The notes beneath the pieces were generated by a model that was given only the letters and a program-made list of their open reading frames with translations, was not told the DNA's origin and made no database searches. A stretch of DNA of 62,987 nt, filler included, from Licmophora abbreviata (lineage: Eukaryota): the NCBI GenBank assembly GCA_900291995.1. It is 29 parts of 29 records of this genome, joined end to end, with 100 filler letters (N's around TTAATTAATTAA, not from the genome) between each part and the next. Parts side by side here need not be neighbours in the genome. Positions count along the whole stretch, not along the records: positions 22,476 to 24,395 come from OLMU01006368.1; positions 24,496 to 25,740 come from OLMU01006369.1; positions 25,841 to 27,374 come from OLMU01006370.1; positions 27,475 to 28,531 come from OLMU01006371.1; positions 28,632 to 30,144 come from OLMU01006372.1; positions 30,245 to 31,577 come from OLMU01006374.1; positions 31,678 to 33,557 come from OLMU01006376.1; positions 33,658 to 34,701 come from OLMU01006377.1; 21 more parts are not named here. One strand, 5' to 3'. Position numbers and translations under genes: made by a program. Shown one piece after another: positions 22,476-34,946 of this stretch (its first letter is position 1; every line of letters begins with the position of its first letter).

Positions 22476-24395
22476 GACCGGTTGATTGTTGTTACGCCAC
22501 GTCGCTCTCGTCGGTCTCCTCGCGCCCCCACTCGACTCGGCTTCGACGGCACCCAAGGACGCGGCTACTTCGCGGACCATCACTTCTCCACGTTCCTTGC
22601 CACCCAGCTCCGTCTTCCAGTCTCGTTCGCAGCCTCACGCAACCCTGACCCAGACACGCTAACCTACGACCAAGCCATGCACTCCCACGAGCGCCCACTG
22701 TGGCAGAAGGCCGCCCAAGACGAACTCGACTCCCTCATTGTCAAGGACACCTGGACCGAAGTCCCCACCAGCGACGCCAAGGCCAAGATCCTCCCCGGCA
22801 CCTGGACCTTCCGCCGCAAGCGAACCCCTGATGGAGAGATCAAGAAGTACAAGGCAAGGTATTGTGTTAGAGGAGATCTAGAAGAAACAACTGACGACAA
22901 CTTCTCACCTGTTGTCGGCTGGCCCACTGTGAGACTCTTCCTGACCCTCTCCCTCATCCTAAAATGGACAGCCATCTCCATCGACTTCACCAACGCCTTC
23001 GTCCAAGCCAAGCTTGATACCCCCATCTGGATTCACCTCCCCCGAGGATTCTCCTCCACCCAAGGCAAGGACACCTGCCTACGGCTCACGAAGTCTCTCT
23101 ACGGATTAGCCAGAGCCCCCAAGCTCTGGTTCAGCCACCTCCTCAAGGCGATCCTCGAGCTGGGCCTCATCCAGAGTTCCGTCGACCCCTGCCTCTTCTT
23201 TCGACACGATCTCGTCCTCGTCCTGTACGTCGACGACGGCGGCATCGCCTCCCGACACCCAGACATTGCCGACAAGTTCATTGCCGACCTCCAAGCCAAA
23301 GGATTTGATCTCACCAAGGAAGGCAGCTTCGCCGACTTCCTCGGCATCAAGTTCACTCAGCAGGACGCCCACGAGTACAAACTGACGCAACGCGGCCTCA
23401 TCGACAAAGTCATCGGAGCTGCCGGCCTCGAGAACTGCAAGCCGAACCTATTGCCTACGACCCAGCTCGCACTCGGCGCCGACACTGATGGACCCGCAAT
23501 GAACGAGTGCTGGAGCTACCCGTCGATCGTCGGCATGTTGTTGTACCTGTCAGGCAACAGCCGCCCAGATATCGCCTTCGCCGTCAGTCAGGTTTGTCGA
23601 TTCACCGCCGCCCCTCGACAGAGCCACGCCACAGCTGTGAAGACCATCATCCGATACCTGGCCGGGACCCGTGACGAGGGGACGATCATCCGACCAACAG
23701 GAAGACTCAACCTCGACCTGTTCGTTGATGCCGACTTTTGTTCACTTCACGGTCGCGAGGATTCGCGTGATGTCAACTCTGCGCGCTCGCGCACGGGATA
23801 CATCATCCTGCTGAGCGGCGTACCTCTACTGTGGAAATCTCAACTCCAGACCCACATTTCCCTTTCTACGCTTGAGGCTGAGTATTCGGCTTTATCTTAT
23901 TCCTTGAAAACACTTATCCCTCTCAAACGCATCCTCCTTGAACTCGTCGCCGCTCTCAGCATCGATCAGGAAATCAGCTCTTCCGTTCAAGCCCGTGTCT
24001 TCGAAGACAATCAGGGCGCACTCACCCTCGCTTCCAACCACCGTGTCACCAACCGCACGAAGTACTTCCTCGTCAAGTGGCACTGGTTCTGGCAGCACTC
24101 CTCCGAATTTCTGCTCCTCAAGGTCGCCTCCGTCGACCAGCGTGCCGATTATCTCACTAAGGGCCTTCCTCGCGACGGCTTCGAGCACAATCGTCTTCTG
24201 GTTCAACGTTGGTGACATGAGGTGCCATCATTATATGTCGAGACCTTTCCGACCAAGATGTACATCGAGCCCCGCTCTTTGGAACTTGCTCACACGTTCA
24301 ACAAGGCCTCTGTTCACTCAGTCCCACTTCATCTTTCATCTTTTATTTATTTCTCAAGAAATCACATCAACTTCATTCACACATCTGAGAGGGAG
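22476..24395 (+). mobile_element. Copia RT-RNase H (stop 24215), 3' UTR and probable polypurine tract GAGGGAG at the contig end
   Basis: WTFRRKR..KYKARYCVRGD, SLYGL, LYVDDG, FVDADF, SLSTLEAEY, FEDNQGA, ADYLTKGL. Confidence 0.94.
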
Positions 24396-24495
24396 NNNNN
24401 NNNNNNNNNNNNNNNNNNNNNNNNNNNNNNNNNNNNNNNTTAATTAATTAANNNNNNNNNNNNNNNNNNNNNNNNNNNNNNNNNNNNNNNNNNNN

Positions 24496-25488
24496 TGTAG
24501 CCGCCGGACTCGCGAATGGCACATCGAGGTTGAAGCCACTTGGACCTTCAATACCCGCGAAAGGATTGGAGAGAATCAGTACCAATGCGGCTCCTCCAGC
24601 ACCAAGGAACCCCTGCGACGACACGAGACGAACAGCAATTATGAGTAATGAGGGATGACCGGACACGAAGTGTTGGGCAGACACCCCACGACAACGCAAT
24701 CTTCCGTTCCGTCGACAACGTACAACAGCTTTTGCAAGCGCACCCCCATCCGTCTCTGCCTGGATTCGCTTCTTCTCCTTGGCGGCCTTTGCCTCGGCAA
24801 TCTCTTTCTGGATCAGCTCTCGGCGAGCTGCCGTCTTCGTCAGAAGGCTGCGTCCAGCGCCCAGGGCCACAATGGGAGCGACCAGTAGAGGAGCAGCCCC
24901 CAACGCCAGTCCAAGAGTCTTTGCATTCGGATCGGATGCAGAAGGAACGTTGACCTTCGGTGGCGATATCGCGTTCCTCGATTTCGCCTCCTTAGCGGGC
25001 TTGGCCTTGGGTTTGGGTGTGATTCGGGGAGCGGCCTTCGGAACAGCGCGAGGAGCTTCCTTCTCGAAAGGCGTGTCAACCTCATACTTAGTTTTTGGCG
25101 TAGGAGCAGGCCTGGACTTTGAGACCTTCTCGGGTACAGGCTTCGAGGCCTTGGCAGCCACTGGCTTCGAAATCGTTTCAGGGGCAGGCCCAGGACTGGC
25201 GAGCAGCGACTTAAGGCTGTCGTCTTCCTTCTTGTCCTTCTTTGGCTCAGCTTTCGACTTTGACTTCGACTTCTGTACGGGCATGGAGGCCTTCTTGGGA
25301 GCCTTCTTAGGGTCATCAGATAGAAGTTTGGCCTCGAGATCCTCCATGGCCATTCTCAACTGGACACTCGGGCCATTGTCGTACGCGGCATGAGAGACCG
25401 ACACAAAACTGTGCGGGCGAAACGACGGCATGAACGCCGAAGAGCATTGTGCAACGGCAGATAGAAGGGCAAGCGTGGAGAACCTCAT
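24496..25488 (-). CDS. Nuclear gene for a probable plastid-targeted membrane protein, partial; predicted intron 24613..24723
   Basis: MRFSTLALLSAVAQCSSA|FMP signal plus ASAFAP-like motif; K/P/A-rich region; two hydrophobic helices; 111-nt GTACGT..CGCAG intron. Confidence 0.7.
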
Positions 25489-26133
25489 TTTCCGGTTCCC
25501 TGTTCCTCTCTCCTTCCTATAGCTTGATATCGACAAGGTCAATGAGTGGCGAGGTGGAAGATGCCCCACCGATGCGTCATGCCTTCCAATCGATGCGTTT
25601 CATGAAAAGTTGTTGTTGAAGGTTTTGGGCCGTATCCTTGTGGAAGGATCTGATTGGTCCTGCACCAATGAGTGACGTATGTGAAGGAGAGTATGATAAA
25701 GCATGCTGTTGGGAAAGGGTCACACGTGGGGCACATTGCANNNNNNNNNNNNNNNNNNNNNNNNNNNNNNNNNNNNNNNNNNNNTTAATTAATTAANNNN
25801 NNNNNNNNNNNNNNNNNNNNNNNNNNNNNNNNNNNNNNNNAGGTGCAAAAACAAACATCACTATCCTCTCATGGCAAGCTCAAACCAAGAATTTGAGGGT
25901 CTCCGCACGAAGATGCTCTCTACTTCCCCATGCACGGAACGAACGGTACCAAAGTAGATCTCATGCAGTGGATCGGGTCAGAATGCAAGTATAGATTGAC
26001 GTTTCCCACTCAGTACAGGCCTTCTTCTGAGACCGGGTGGAAAGAGCTCTACATGGGTCTCGACTGGTATCAATGGACAGGCCGGTCAGGAACGTACCCA
26101 ACTTAGTAAGTGGTAATGCGATTGTGCGGACAG

Positions 26134-26437
26134 TGTTGGAAGAGTACATTTTGATTTAGGACAGACTGGCATCAGCGGCCAGACCAAAGAAGGAAGAGAG
26201 AACGTTCCAAAGTTAGTAAGTGGAAATGAGAATGTGAGGCCTGAAACGCAGCACGGAGAGAGCAGCTGCGAGGAGAAATTGTGATCTTCGTGAAAGGTCT
26301 CATTCTATTGAAACAATCCCATCGTAAGAACAGTTTGATTGACTCCTCTTATAGATCTACCTAGTTTCATTTCACTGTACACGTGAGGCGTACACCGGAC
26401 TGATTGTCCGGTAGCAGTGATCTGTGAGGTTTCAACA
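26134..26437 (+). repeat. Putative LTR (TGTTGGAA..TTTCAACA); 5' boundary uncertain
   Basis: Imperfect terminal inverted repeats; 3' end matches 6411; precedes the small ORF and gag. Confidence 0.4.
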
Positions 26438-26476
26438 TTGTTTCAATAGAAACGAAAGAACCTTTTGGTACAACGA

Positions 26477-26824
26477 ATGACGAGAACTGACGACTCAGTG
26501 TTAGAAATCATTCAACAGTTGGAACAGCTGCGGGTCCAGGAAGGTGTGCTCATCCGTCGATTGATCGCTGCGCGGGACGAAGAGACTCGTTCACCAACGG
26601 CGTCGCCCAGGAACAACTCCGCCAGCTCTGGCGTGGAGTCGTATCGGATTGGCAACACTGTGCAGATCACAAACGAAGTCAAGTACTCTTTGCGCGGTCG
26701 TACCGTCACTGAACGAGACAGGGTCAGAACAGTCATCAAGGTAACAGGAAAGCGTGTTCATATTCGGACCATCAGCGGTATAAACACCAGCAGAGCCCCA
26801 CAGAACCTTGAGCACCATGGCTAA
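26477..26824 (+). CDS. Second copy of the 115-aa KOW/SH3-like ORF
   Basis: QLEQLRVQEGVL and SGVESYRIGNTV..NEVKY..GRTVTERDRV shared with 6018..6365. Confidence 0.75.
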   Translation: MTRTDDSVLEIIQQLEQLRVQEGVLIRRLIAARDEETRSPTASPRNNSASSGVESYRIGNTVQITNEVKYSLRGRTVTERDRVRTVIKVTGKRVHIRTISGINTSRAPQNLEHHG

Positions 26825-27180
26825 CGGCACGGTAGCCCAAAGCGGCAGCACAACAGGCGAGACCGGCGACAGCCAAGGAGCAACCACCGGAGCTCAACAG
26901 TCAGGGGCGACAACGAGTGGCCAGTCCCAGCGCTCCTCTCGGAATGGCCGCTGCAACCGGTCGCGTTTCTCCCGCGGTTCAGCGGTAGAGAAGAAGAAGT
27001 CGAACTTTTAAGGGTAACACGGATGGCATGAATGGCCACGTGTTTCAGACGTTTCAGGAATCTGGCAATCCCCAGCAGTTCGTAAAGACCCTAGTAGAGG
27101 CACTCGCAGAGTATTCCGCCAAAAACCAGAAGCATTGCGGAGACCTGGCAACCCTTTTCAAGACCCTCGACGCCCCTGTG
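26817..27180 (+). pseudogene. Copia gag 5' end, with a +1 frameshift near 27008, interrupted at about 27180
   Basis: FKGNTDGMNGHVFQTFQES..TLDAPV matches 4423..6025, then homology stops. Confidence 0.85.
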
Positions 27181-27673
27181 CAATATCCTGAATAACTAGG
27201 ACTAATATTTGCTTATAGCACTGATTGACAAACAGATGTTTCGTTTACATCTTACTAAAATAGATCGACAGACAGACGTCTGTACGATAGACATTTCTAG
27301 TCACGCGCGATGACGCTGACATCTAATTAGTACATCGCAGAGCTTATCTACAAATGAGATGTCTGACGTCATCTNNNNNNNNNNNNNNNNNNNNNNNNNN
27401 NNNNNNNNNNNNNNNNNNTTAATTAATTAANNNNNNNNNNNNNNNNNNNNNNNNNNNNNNNNNNNNNNNNNNNNCATTCACGAGTCTCTGGACAGGTGAA
27501 AAGTTCCAGAAGATAACGTGCATCAAAAGTAGATCTAAAAGCTTATAATTTCTATTTTACTCTGCAACAACATCCCCTCGTCGTTGTTGCTCCCCTAGAC
27601 TACACGCATAGTGCACAGTGTTAACACTCACGAAGTGTTTAGTCTTAGACAAGACTCTACTGAGCGAGAAACC

Positions 27674-28531
27674 ATGACGCTTGTCAGGATTCCCAGAAAA
27701 CCCAAAAACGAAGCCAAGCGCTCGTTTCGTTCTCCACCGGTCCCCTTGGAACGGCCTGAGGCAAAAACGCTCAAGAAAGGCGAGTACATTACCTTGAAGT
27801 GTCGTACGACACCAGGAGACAACACCTCTGAGCAATACGAGATCAGCATCCCGTATTTCAAGTCAGGAACTCCGGAAGAATTCCTGATTTTTCGAAAAAA
27901 AATTGATAAAATCGTTATCGGGCAGAACCTCACTGGAGGCCCCGCAAAGTACGTGATGATGCTCCGCTTGTTGGAGGGAGATGCCCTCGCAGCCTTCAAT
28001 CAGGCTGCCGCAACTCATGGAAACGAGACCAATCAGAATTTCGATTCTGCGGTCGACGATCTAACCACGCATGTCTTTCCACAGCGTGCGTTGGCAATTC
28101 AGCGGCGCTACATGCGTTGCTACATGCGTAAGCCCCGCGAGATGGGAACACGCCTCTATCTCATTCGTCTCACTGAGATGAATGAGTACCTGCGCCGTTT
28201 CCCGGACAGAGGTGACGACGCGGTTCTCAACGAGGAGGACCTCTGCGACATCTTGGAGTTTGGGATTCCCAAGAACTCCTGGCAGAAGCGGATGACCCTA
28301 GATGGGTTCGACCCGCAACTCCATACTCCTACCGAGGTGATGGAGTACTGTGAACGCTCTGAAGTCACAGAAGATCTCGATTCTGAGACGAAATCTCGCG
28401 CCAAAAATGGCGCCGACGCGATGGGCAAGCGTGGTCGAGAAAACAAGAACAAAACTTCGTCGGAAGTTGGCGATTGTCTTCTTCACGGCCCCAACACGCA
28501 TCCCACGGATCAGTGCTACTCCTTAAATAGG
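27674..28531 (+). mobile_element. LTR-retrotransposon gag, partial
   Basis: IPYFKSGTPEEFL, FPQRALAIQRRYMR, CLLHG..HPTDQC knuckle. Confidence 0.75.
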
Positions 28532-28631
28532 NNNNNNNNNNNNNNNNNNNNNNNNNNNNNNNNNNNNNNNNNNNNTTAATTAATTAANNNNNNNNNNNNN
28601 NNNNNNNNNNNNNNNNNNNNNNNNNNNNNNN

Positions 28632-30144
28632 CGCGGTGTTCGACACTGACTCAGGACCAGTCGGCATCGACAACAGGTGCACAGGGTGCATCTCCCACGT
28701 GGCTCAGGATTTCATCGGCGAGCTGCGAGACTCCAAGAAAGTTATAAAGGGGTTTGCAGGATCGCGTACAGCAGGAGTGAAGATTGGGACTCTGCTATGG
28801 AAGTGGACCGACGACGAGGGAAAGGTTCACAAGTTCAAGATCCCTAATTCGTTTTATGTGCCGCAGGGAAAGATGCGGCTACTGAGCCCTCAGCACTGGG
28901 CCCAGACACAGCAAAACTCCAAGCTCTACGGCGCCGACACAGCCGCAAAGCACGTGAGGATGTATTGGCCAGCCAAGGGCAAGAGCAGGATCGACGAAGC
29001 GAAGCACCGGCTCACAGTACCTCTCGGGAAGAGTGACAATGTATCAACCTTTTACCTCGCGCCAGGATACGAGAAGTTTAAGGCTTTTGTTGCAGAAACA
29101 GGGATCTCAGCAGAGTCAGAGGATCACCAGCCAATGATCCTGTGCCAGGAGACGAATGTCATCAGCGACGACGAAGATGATGAGAATGACATCACAGAGC
29201 CGTCACCAGTACCAGAATCACATCGATGGAGACGACCTCAGCGAAATCGAGAGGCGTCACCCGATAGGAATGAGGAGCAACCGACAGAGGTAGACTTCGA
29301 GATGAAGAGTACTCCCGACTCAGAGGGAGCTACAGTACCGAACATTGTCGAAGAGGAGGAGGACCTGCAGCCGACGAACACTGCCGCAGAGTTACTCCGC
29401 TACCATCAGCAATTCGGCCATTCACCTATGTCAAAGATCCAGCTGATGGCAAAGAAAGGGATGCTACCTCGGAGACTGGCGAACTGTCCCATACCGGTGT
29501 GCTCGTCGTGCGCATACGCCAAGGCAACGAAGAGAAAGTGGAGAGACAAGACCCGCAAGCGGGATCGCGATGAGGTGGAGTCTCCCACGCAACCTGGGCA
29601 AGTCGTATCAGTAGACCAGATGGTCTCGCCAACTCCAGGATTGATAGCCCAGATGACGGGCTTCCTCACGACGAAGAGGTACAAGTACGCGACGGTGTAC
29701 GTAGACCAGTACTCCAGGCTTGGGTACGTCTATCTCCAGAGAACAGCCGACGCGGAAGAAACACTGCTCGGTAAGAAAGCTTTCGAGCAGTACGCTAAGT
29801 CACACGGCATCGAAGTGAAAGCGTACCACGCCGACAATGGAATTTTCAAGGCAAAGGCATGGGTGCAGGAGTGCAGAACGAAAGGACAGGGACTCACCTT
29901 TGCAGGCGTCAATGCTCATCACCAGAACGGAGTTGCAGAGCGACGCATCAGGGAGCTCCAGGACATGTCACGCACCATGCTCATCCATGCTACCAGAAGG
30001 TGGCCGGACACGGTAACTGCTAACCTGTGGCCATACGCACTGCGCATGGCCAACGACGCGATCAATGAGACGCCGAGCCTTCAGCATCCGGATCGACGAA
30101 CACCACTTCAGGTTTACTCGGGTTCACAGGTGAACTCGAATCCG
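28632..30144 (+). mobile_element. Copia protease-integrase, partial
   Basis: FDTDS..GIDNRC protease; HQQFGH..CSSC; VSVDQ, HADNGIF, NGVAERRI. Confidence 0.92.
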
Positions 30145-31061
30145 NNNNNNNNNNNNNNNNNNNNNNNNNNNNNNNNNNNNNNNNNNNNTTAATTAATTAA
30201 NNNNNNNNNNNNNNNNNNNNNNNNNNNNNNNNNNNNNNNNNNNNGGTAGCATAGCTACTCCAAGCAGCGACAAGCATGCGCCTCATTGGTGGTAGGATGT
30301 GCTGACTCAGTATCCTGTCACTCCATGTGACTATGTATCATCTTACAATCATGGTGAGCGAGATCGTCATGTGACATTCTGGCGCGGATCTGAAGCTAGA
30401 AGCCTTTTCGCTTTGGGATCAGTGGGCTCTCTGATCCAAACCCCTATTGGGAGCTTGTGATTGAGAACGGAACGAGACATTAGACCATGCTGGTTGCAGG
30501 CAGATACTCCCTTCAGAGGCGCTACTAGTACACGATCGCGGCGAACGAGCGCGCGCATAACAGTGCCGCCAATTTTGGTTCTCGGTTGGTCTTTTTGTCG
30601 TCGTTTCTCTCTCTTGTGAGTCTTAACTGATCATCACGATCATCCCCAGCGATTTCTGCGGGTTTCAAACTACTTGATGGTCCCCAAACACCGACGATCA
30701 GCCAAGATAGTTTGGCGGGAAAAGTGAACAGCTCCGACTTAAAGAAATCTGATTGGGTAGACGGATTACGGAAGGACTTTCGAACTTGCAAACACATTCC
30801 ATTTGAAGTACATACTACGAGTATGATATGAAACTTGAACGGTTGAATATTTAAAAAAACTGCTAAGTTTTTTTGTTGTTTTTTTCGCCGTTCCTAACGG
30901 CAACAAAAACTTTGTTTTTTCTTGTTGATGAAGTAGGCACCCCCCCCACAAGAGAACATATCTATCATCGATCATTGATCATCGATCATTGATTATCGTA
31001 CTGTACTGTACAGCGTACCAGGTAGCTTCACACAGCAGAGGCAAAGACTAGAAGCATCAGG

Positions 31062-31577
31062 ATGGGAAGATCGGAAAGACCTGTCGCGAAACACCAGAGA
31101 CTGGAAAGCGTTGATTTGTCGGAGAATTGGGGAAACAATGTCATCATCCCCGGTCGTGAAGTGGTGACAAGCGACCTCGAAGCTTTCGATTGTTATTTGA
31201 AGCAGCTTAAGACATTCGCTAGACTGCCCAGCGAATTCAAAATGAACGAGGAATTCTGGGCCAAATTTCGTGCGATTCTTGAAAAGGCTACTCCGAACGG
31301 GTTCGATACAAACCTAGACGCAGGCTCCTTTCAGCTGGTGGACGCTGCGAGGTCGAATGAGCTCATGGAACGAATCATGACAGACGGAATCGTGCTGCTC
31401 TGTCCCCTACATGGCGCGAAGCTCGCTGAAGCTTGGGAGATTCCTTTGGACGTGGTTCTCACCGAGCTCTTCTATGCCACCAAAGTTGGTCTGTTGGACA
31501 TGATCTGGGCACCGAAGTGTGACAGGTGTGGAGGTACAGCTTGCCACCGAGCAGAACTGTCTATGCTTCCAAATGAA
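31062..31577 (+). CDS. DUF5939-like N-terminal domain protein (often fused to class III nucleotidyl cyclase), partial
   Basis: LAEAWEI..VLTELFYATKVGLLDMIWAPKCDRCGG resembles the LHA..GL....W...CP.C motif; recognised from memory. Confidence 0.55.
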
Positions 31578-31677
31578 NNNNNNNNNNNNNNNNNNNNNNN
31601 NNNNNNNNNNNNNNNNNNNNNTTAATTAATTAANNNNNNNNNNNNNNNNNNNNNNNNNNNNNNNNNNNNNNNNNNNN

Positions 31678-33557
31678 AGTGGAAAGGTGACGGGCATGGG
31701 AAGGGATGGGATCCGTGGAGTCAGTGATGCGCCCCAAGAAGGAGCGAAGAATGGCGTCAGCCCGATCGACAAAGGGGGACTGCCAAGAGAAAAGGGTAGA
31801 GGGCGTGACCGGGGGAAGTGGGTTACCTGCGGAAGGAGTATCAGGTGATGCCGGAAGAGGGAGAGATGCGTTGTGGTATACATCAGTAGCTAATAAATGG
31901 GTGATCTTGGTTTGTAGACAAAGGCGATAGATGGTAGTTTGAGTTTGTAGGTCTGGGAGTGTGCGAAGAAGGTTGTTGACGTAGTGAAGGAGGTCAGCCG
32001 CTTTTTGTTCGAGAAAGTGATTAGCGAAGGTTAAGCTGCCAATGGGATGACCGAGAAGACGCATGCCAGTGGTGATTTCAGCCGACGGTGAAAGAAAGGC
32101 AATGGCTTGGTGAAGTGCGTCGGCGGTGGATGGTGGGCAGAGCATGTGTGAGAGCGGGGAGGTGCCGTTGATGTTAGACAAAAAATTTGTCTTGGTGCGA
32201 TTTAGGCGAATGCCATGAGGAGCACCTAATGCATCGAAGCGTTGAAGAAAGAAAGGGAGGTCAATGGTGGGAAGCATGGCCATGGTGTCGTCCAGGTATT
32301 GCATCGAAGAGCTAATACTAGGACCTGAGGATAATGCAGTTCGGGTAGCGAGAGTTGTCGGTGACCGCTGACATGCGCGAGCGCGCAGCTCAGAATGAAG
32401 CGGGCGAAGAACCGCAAAAAGAACAAGAGACGCGTAGAAGGGAGCGAGTGGGTCGCCTTGCGCAAAACCTTCCGGCTGTGAGAAGGAGGACCAGTCGTTG
32501 GTGAGTCCCCTGTACCAACATATATTGTCCTCTGAGTAAATGAGGTCAAAGAAAGGGATGAGGAAAGGAAAATGGGCGAGAAGCATATCGCGACATGAAT
32601 CGCGCGAGCAAGCATTGAACATGTTGGTGATGTCAAGTGCTAGTAGCGTAGAGGTCGGCGGAGGAGAGGACAAGTCCTGAGAGGGAGCCAATGATTGGGA
32701 GATGAAGGTATGTGCTGTATGGATGATAGCGTCCATACCACCTGGGATGCCAATGCCCAATTGGCCTTCGGTGATAAGAAGGCCGGCGAATTGCTGACCA
32801 TAAATATGCATGAGGATAGCGCCCAAGACGCGGCGGTAACTTGTGCCAGCGCCGATGGGGCGAAGCTTGGATAAGTCATCTGGGTCCTTGTGTAAGGCAA
32901 GGAAGTAGTTACTGCGAAGGAGGCTGGATGCGAGTGGCGGGACAGATCCGGCAAAAATGGCTTCGGCGATGGAAACAAAGCTGGCAGCATAGGGAAAGGT
33001 GGGAGGGTCACCGGGATTGAGGGGTGGGACAGAGTGTAGGATCATGTCGCGGAGAACGTCAGTGTAGTCACCGAAAGGCCCTGCCGCTGAGCCGCGTTTT
33101 AGTTTGCGACATGCAGTGAGAAGGGAGTGATGTGGGATGGAAATCGGAGACACAGGAAGGGAGGCACGGGTTCGTGAACGAGTGCGTGGGCCATCCATCG
33201 GTGCTGCTTCTGTATTTGGAGGGCGGGTGTAGCGTGGAGGATAAAGGGAGGTGATGTGGTCCAGGGTAGTCGGTGTAAGGGAGGCAACTGGTAAAGTAGA
33301 ATTGATGCGGGACGCGCATGCTGTGAAGTTGTCTAAATCGGCCGCAGCTTGGGCATGCCGATTGGAGGAAGGGCTAAATTCGTCGGTTGTAAGTTGCTGG
33401 GAATCGAAGTGGTCATCCTGGAGACGGATTCGTGGCGTGGGAGGCGTGAGGGAGTAGAGTTCAGTGTAGAGGTTGCGGATGCATCCCGTGTTGAACAGTC
33501 GGAGACGAGCTGCAACGGTTGTGTCAGGAGAGCGTAGGGCCGCTTGACCAGGGTGGA
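31678..33557 (-). mobile_element. CRE-like non-LTR retrotransposon RT, partial
   Basis: SAAGP, ALHK..KLRPIGAG..YRR, QLGIGIPGG, LDITNMFN, GFAQGDPL, YLDDT, LGHPIGS. Confidence 0.85.
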
Positions 33558-33657
33558 NNNNNNNNNNNNNNNNNNNNNNNNNNNNNNNNNNNNNNNNNNN
33601 NTTAATTAATTAANNNNNNNNNNNNNNNNNNNNNNNNNNNNNNNNNNNNNNNNNNNN

Positions 33658-34701
33658 TTCGCTGCCGTCCGTGACGCTGTGTCGTTCGCAGACGGTGGCT
33701 GGGAAGGTGTCTGAGCAACGTCGCCTAAAAACAAGGCAACGTCGTCAAGAGTGAAGTGAGGGGCAATGGAGGGGTGTTGCGCCAGACCTACCAAAAATTG
33801 GGAAGTGACGCTAAAGTCCGAATGACCTGAAGCAGAGGACGGCGTTGGGTAGAGAGCGTCAACAAACCGTGGGAGGTGGGTGAATGGGAACAAATGGGAA
33901 GTGGTAGGACTGGTGGCAGTGTGCGCCAGCGTGCGAAACCACTTAAGGTGACGAGGCGTCGAAGCGCAGCGAGCTTGAAGGCGTCCAAGAATGGCTTGGT
34001 CCCTGAGGGCAATGTGGTTGCCTCGGAGAGATACTGGTAGTAGCGTTTCAGGGGAGGGGTGGGAGCCGGGAAGCGACTCCTGAGTGAATTGACTGTGAGG
34101 AACTGAGCTATCAGGGGGTGGCGTGCAATACTCGTAAGAGGGATCCGACTGGGAGGCAAGAAGATCATCAGATGATGCAGCATCGACGGAAGTGGGGGTG
34201 TCGTGATTAGTGGTGGTGGAGGCGTGGGAGTGGTCATCATCATCGGGACCATCGTCAAGAGTCATGTCAACTGTCATAGGGGAAGCCGGGTGGGTGCTGG
34301 CGTCATGCATCAGGGTGTCTGGGAGGGGGATGCCGCGACTGGCCCTGGCTAAGGAGGAGAGGCGAGGTGGGGAGGCAGGTCGCGTTGGGGAGTCGGACCG
34401 CGTTGGAGGGGAGGAGTCTGTGGGAGGCGGGTGAGGACTGTTGACCTTCGGGGTGGTTGTTGGAGAGGGAGGAGCTGCCCATACATCGATGGAAGGAGAA
34501 GGTGAGGGAGGCGAGCCGGTAATGCTGTTATCAGTGTGGTGGTAGAAGCGACAGAAAGGACACTGGAAGGGTAGGGATGTGTTTGCGTAGCACCCAGGGA
34601 AGCAGGAACAGGGCGGTCTGGTAGGCTGGGCATCGGCTGAGAGGGGGACAGAGTTGTCTCGTTGTTCCCAGTGGTCTGGGGTGGGAGAAGTCGGTGGAGA
34701 G
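33658..34701 (-). mobile_element. Pro/Ser/Thr-rich N-terminal region, probably of the same CRE-like element
   Basis: Same strand and strong C-rich skew as the adjacent RT contig; no diagnostic motif. Confidence 0.4.
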
Positions 34702-34866
34702 NNNNNNNNNNNNNNNNNNNNNNNNNNNNNNNNNNNNNNNNNNNNTTAATTAATTAANNNNNNNNNNNNNNNNNNNNNNNNNNNNNNNNNNNNNNNNNNN
34801 NACTCGCTCACTTGTCGTGGGCATCCGGGTTGCCTTCTGTCAGGAATTCGGCAAAAACGGCCCAAA

Positions 34867-34943
34867 GGGCCTGTAGCTCAATTGGTTAGAGCAGAGCGCT
34901 CATAACGCTTTGGTTGCAGGTTCGAGTCCTGCCGGGCCTACCA
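34867..34943 (+). tRNA. tRNA with CAT anticodon, most likely Ile2 (lysidine type)
   Basis: Cloverleaf GGGCCTG/CGGGCCT, anticodon arm GAGCG-CTCATAA-CGCTT, GGTTCGAGTC, encoded CCA; Ile2 versus Met is inferred from the acceptor stem. Confidence 0.9.
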
Positions 34944-34946
34944 CGT

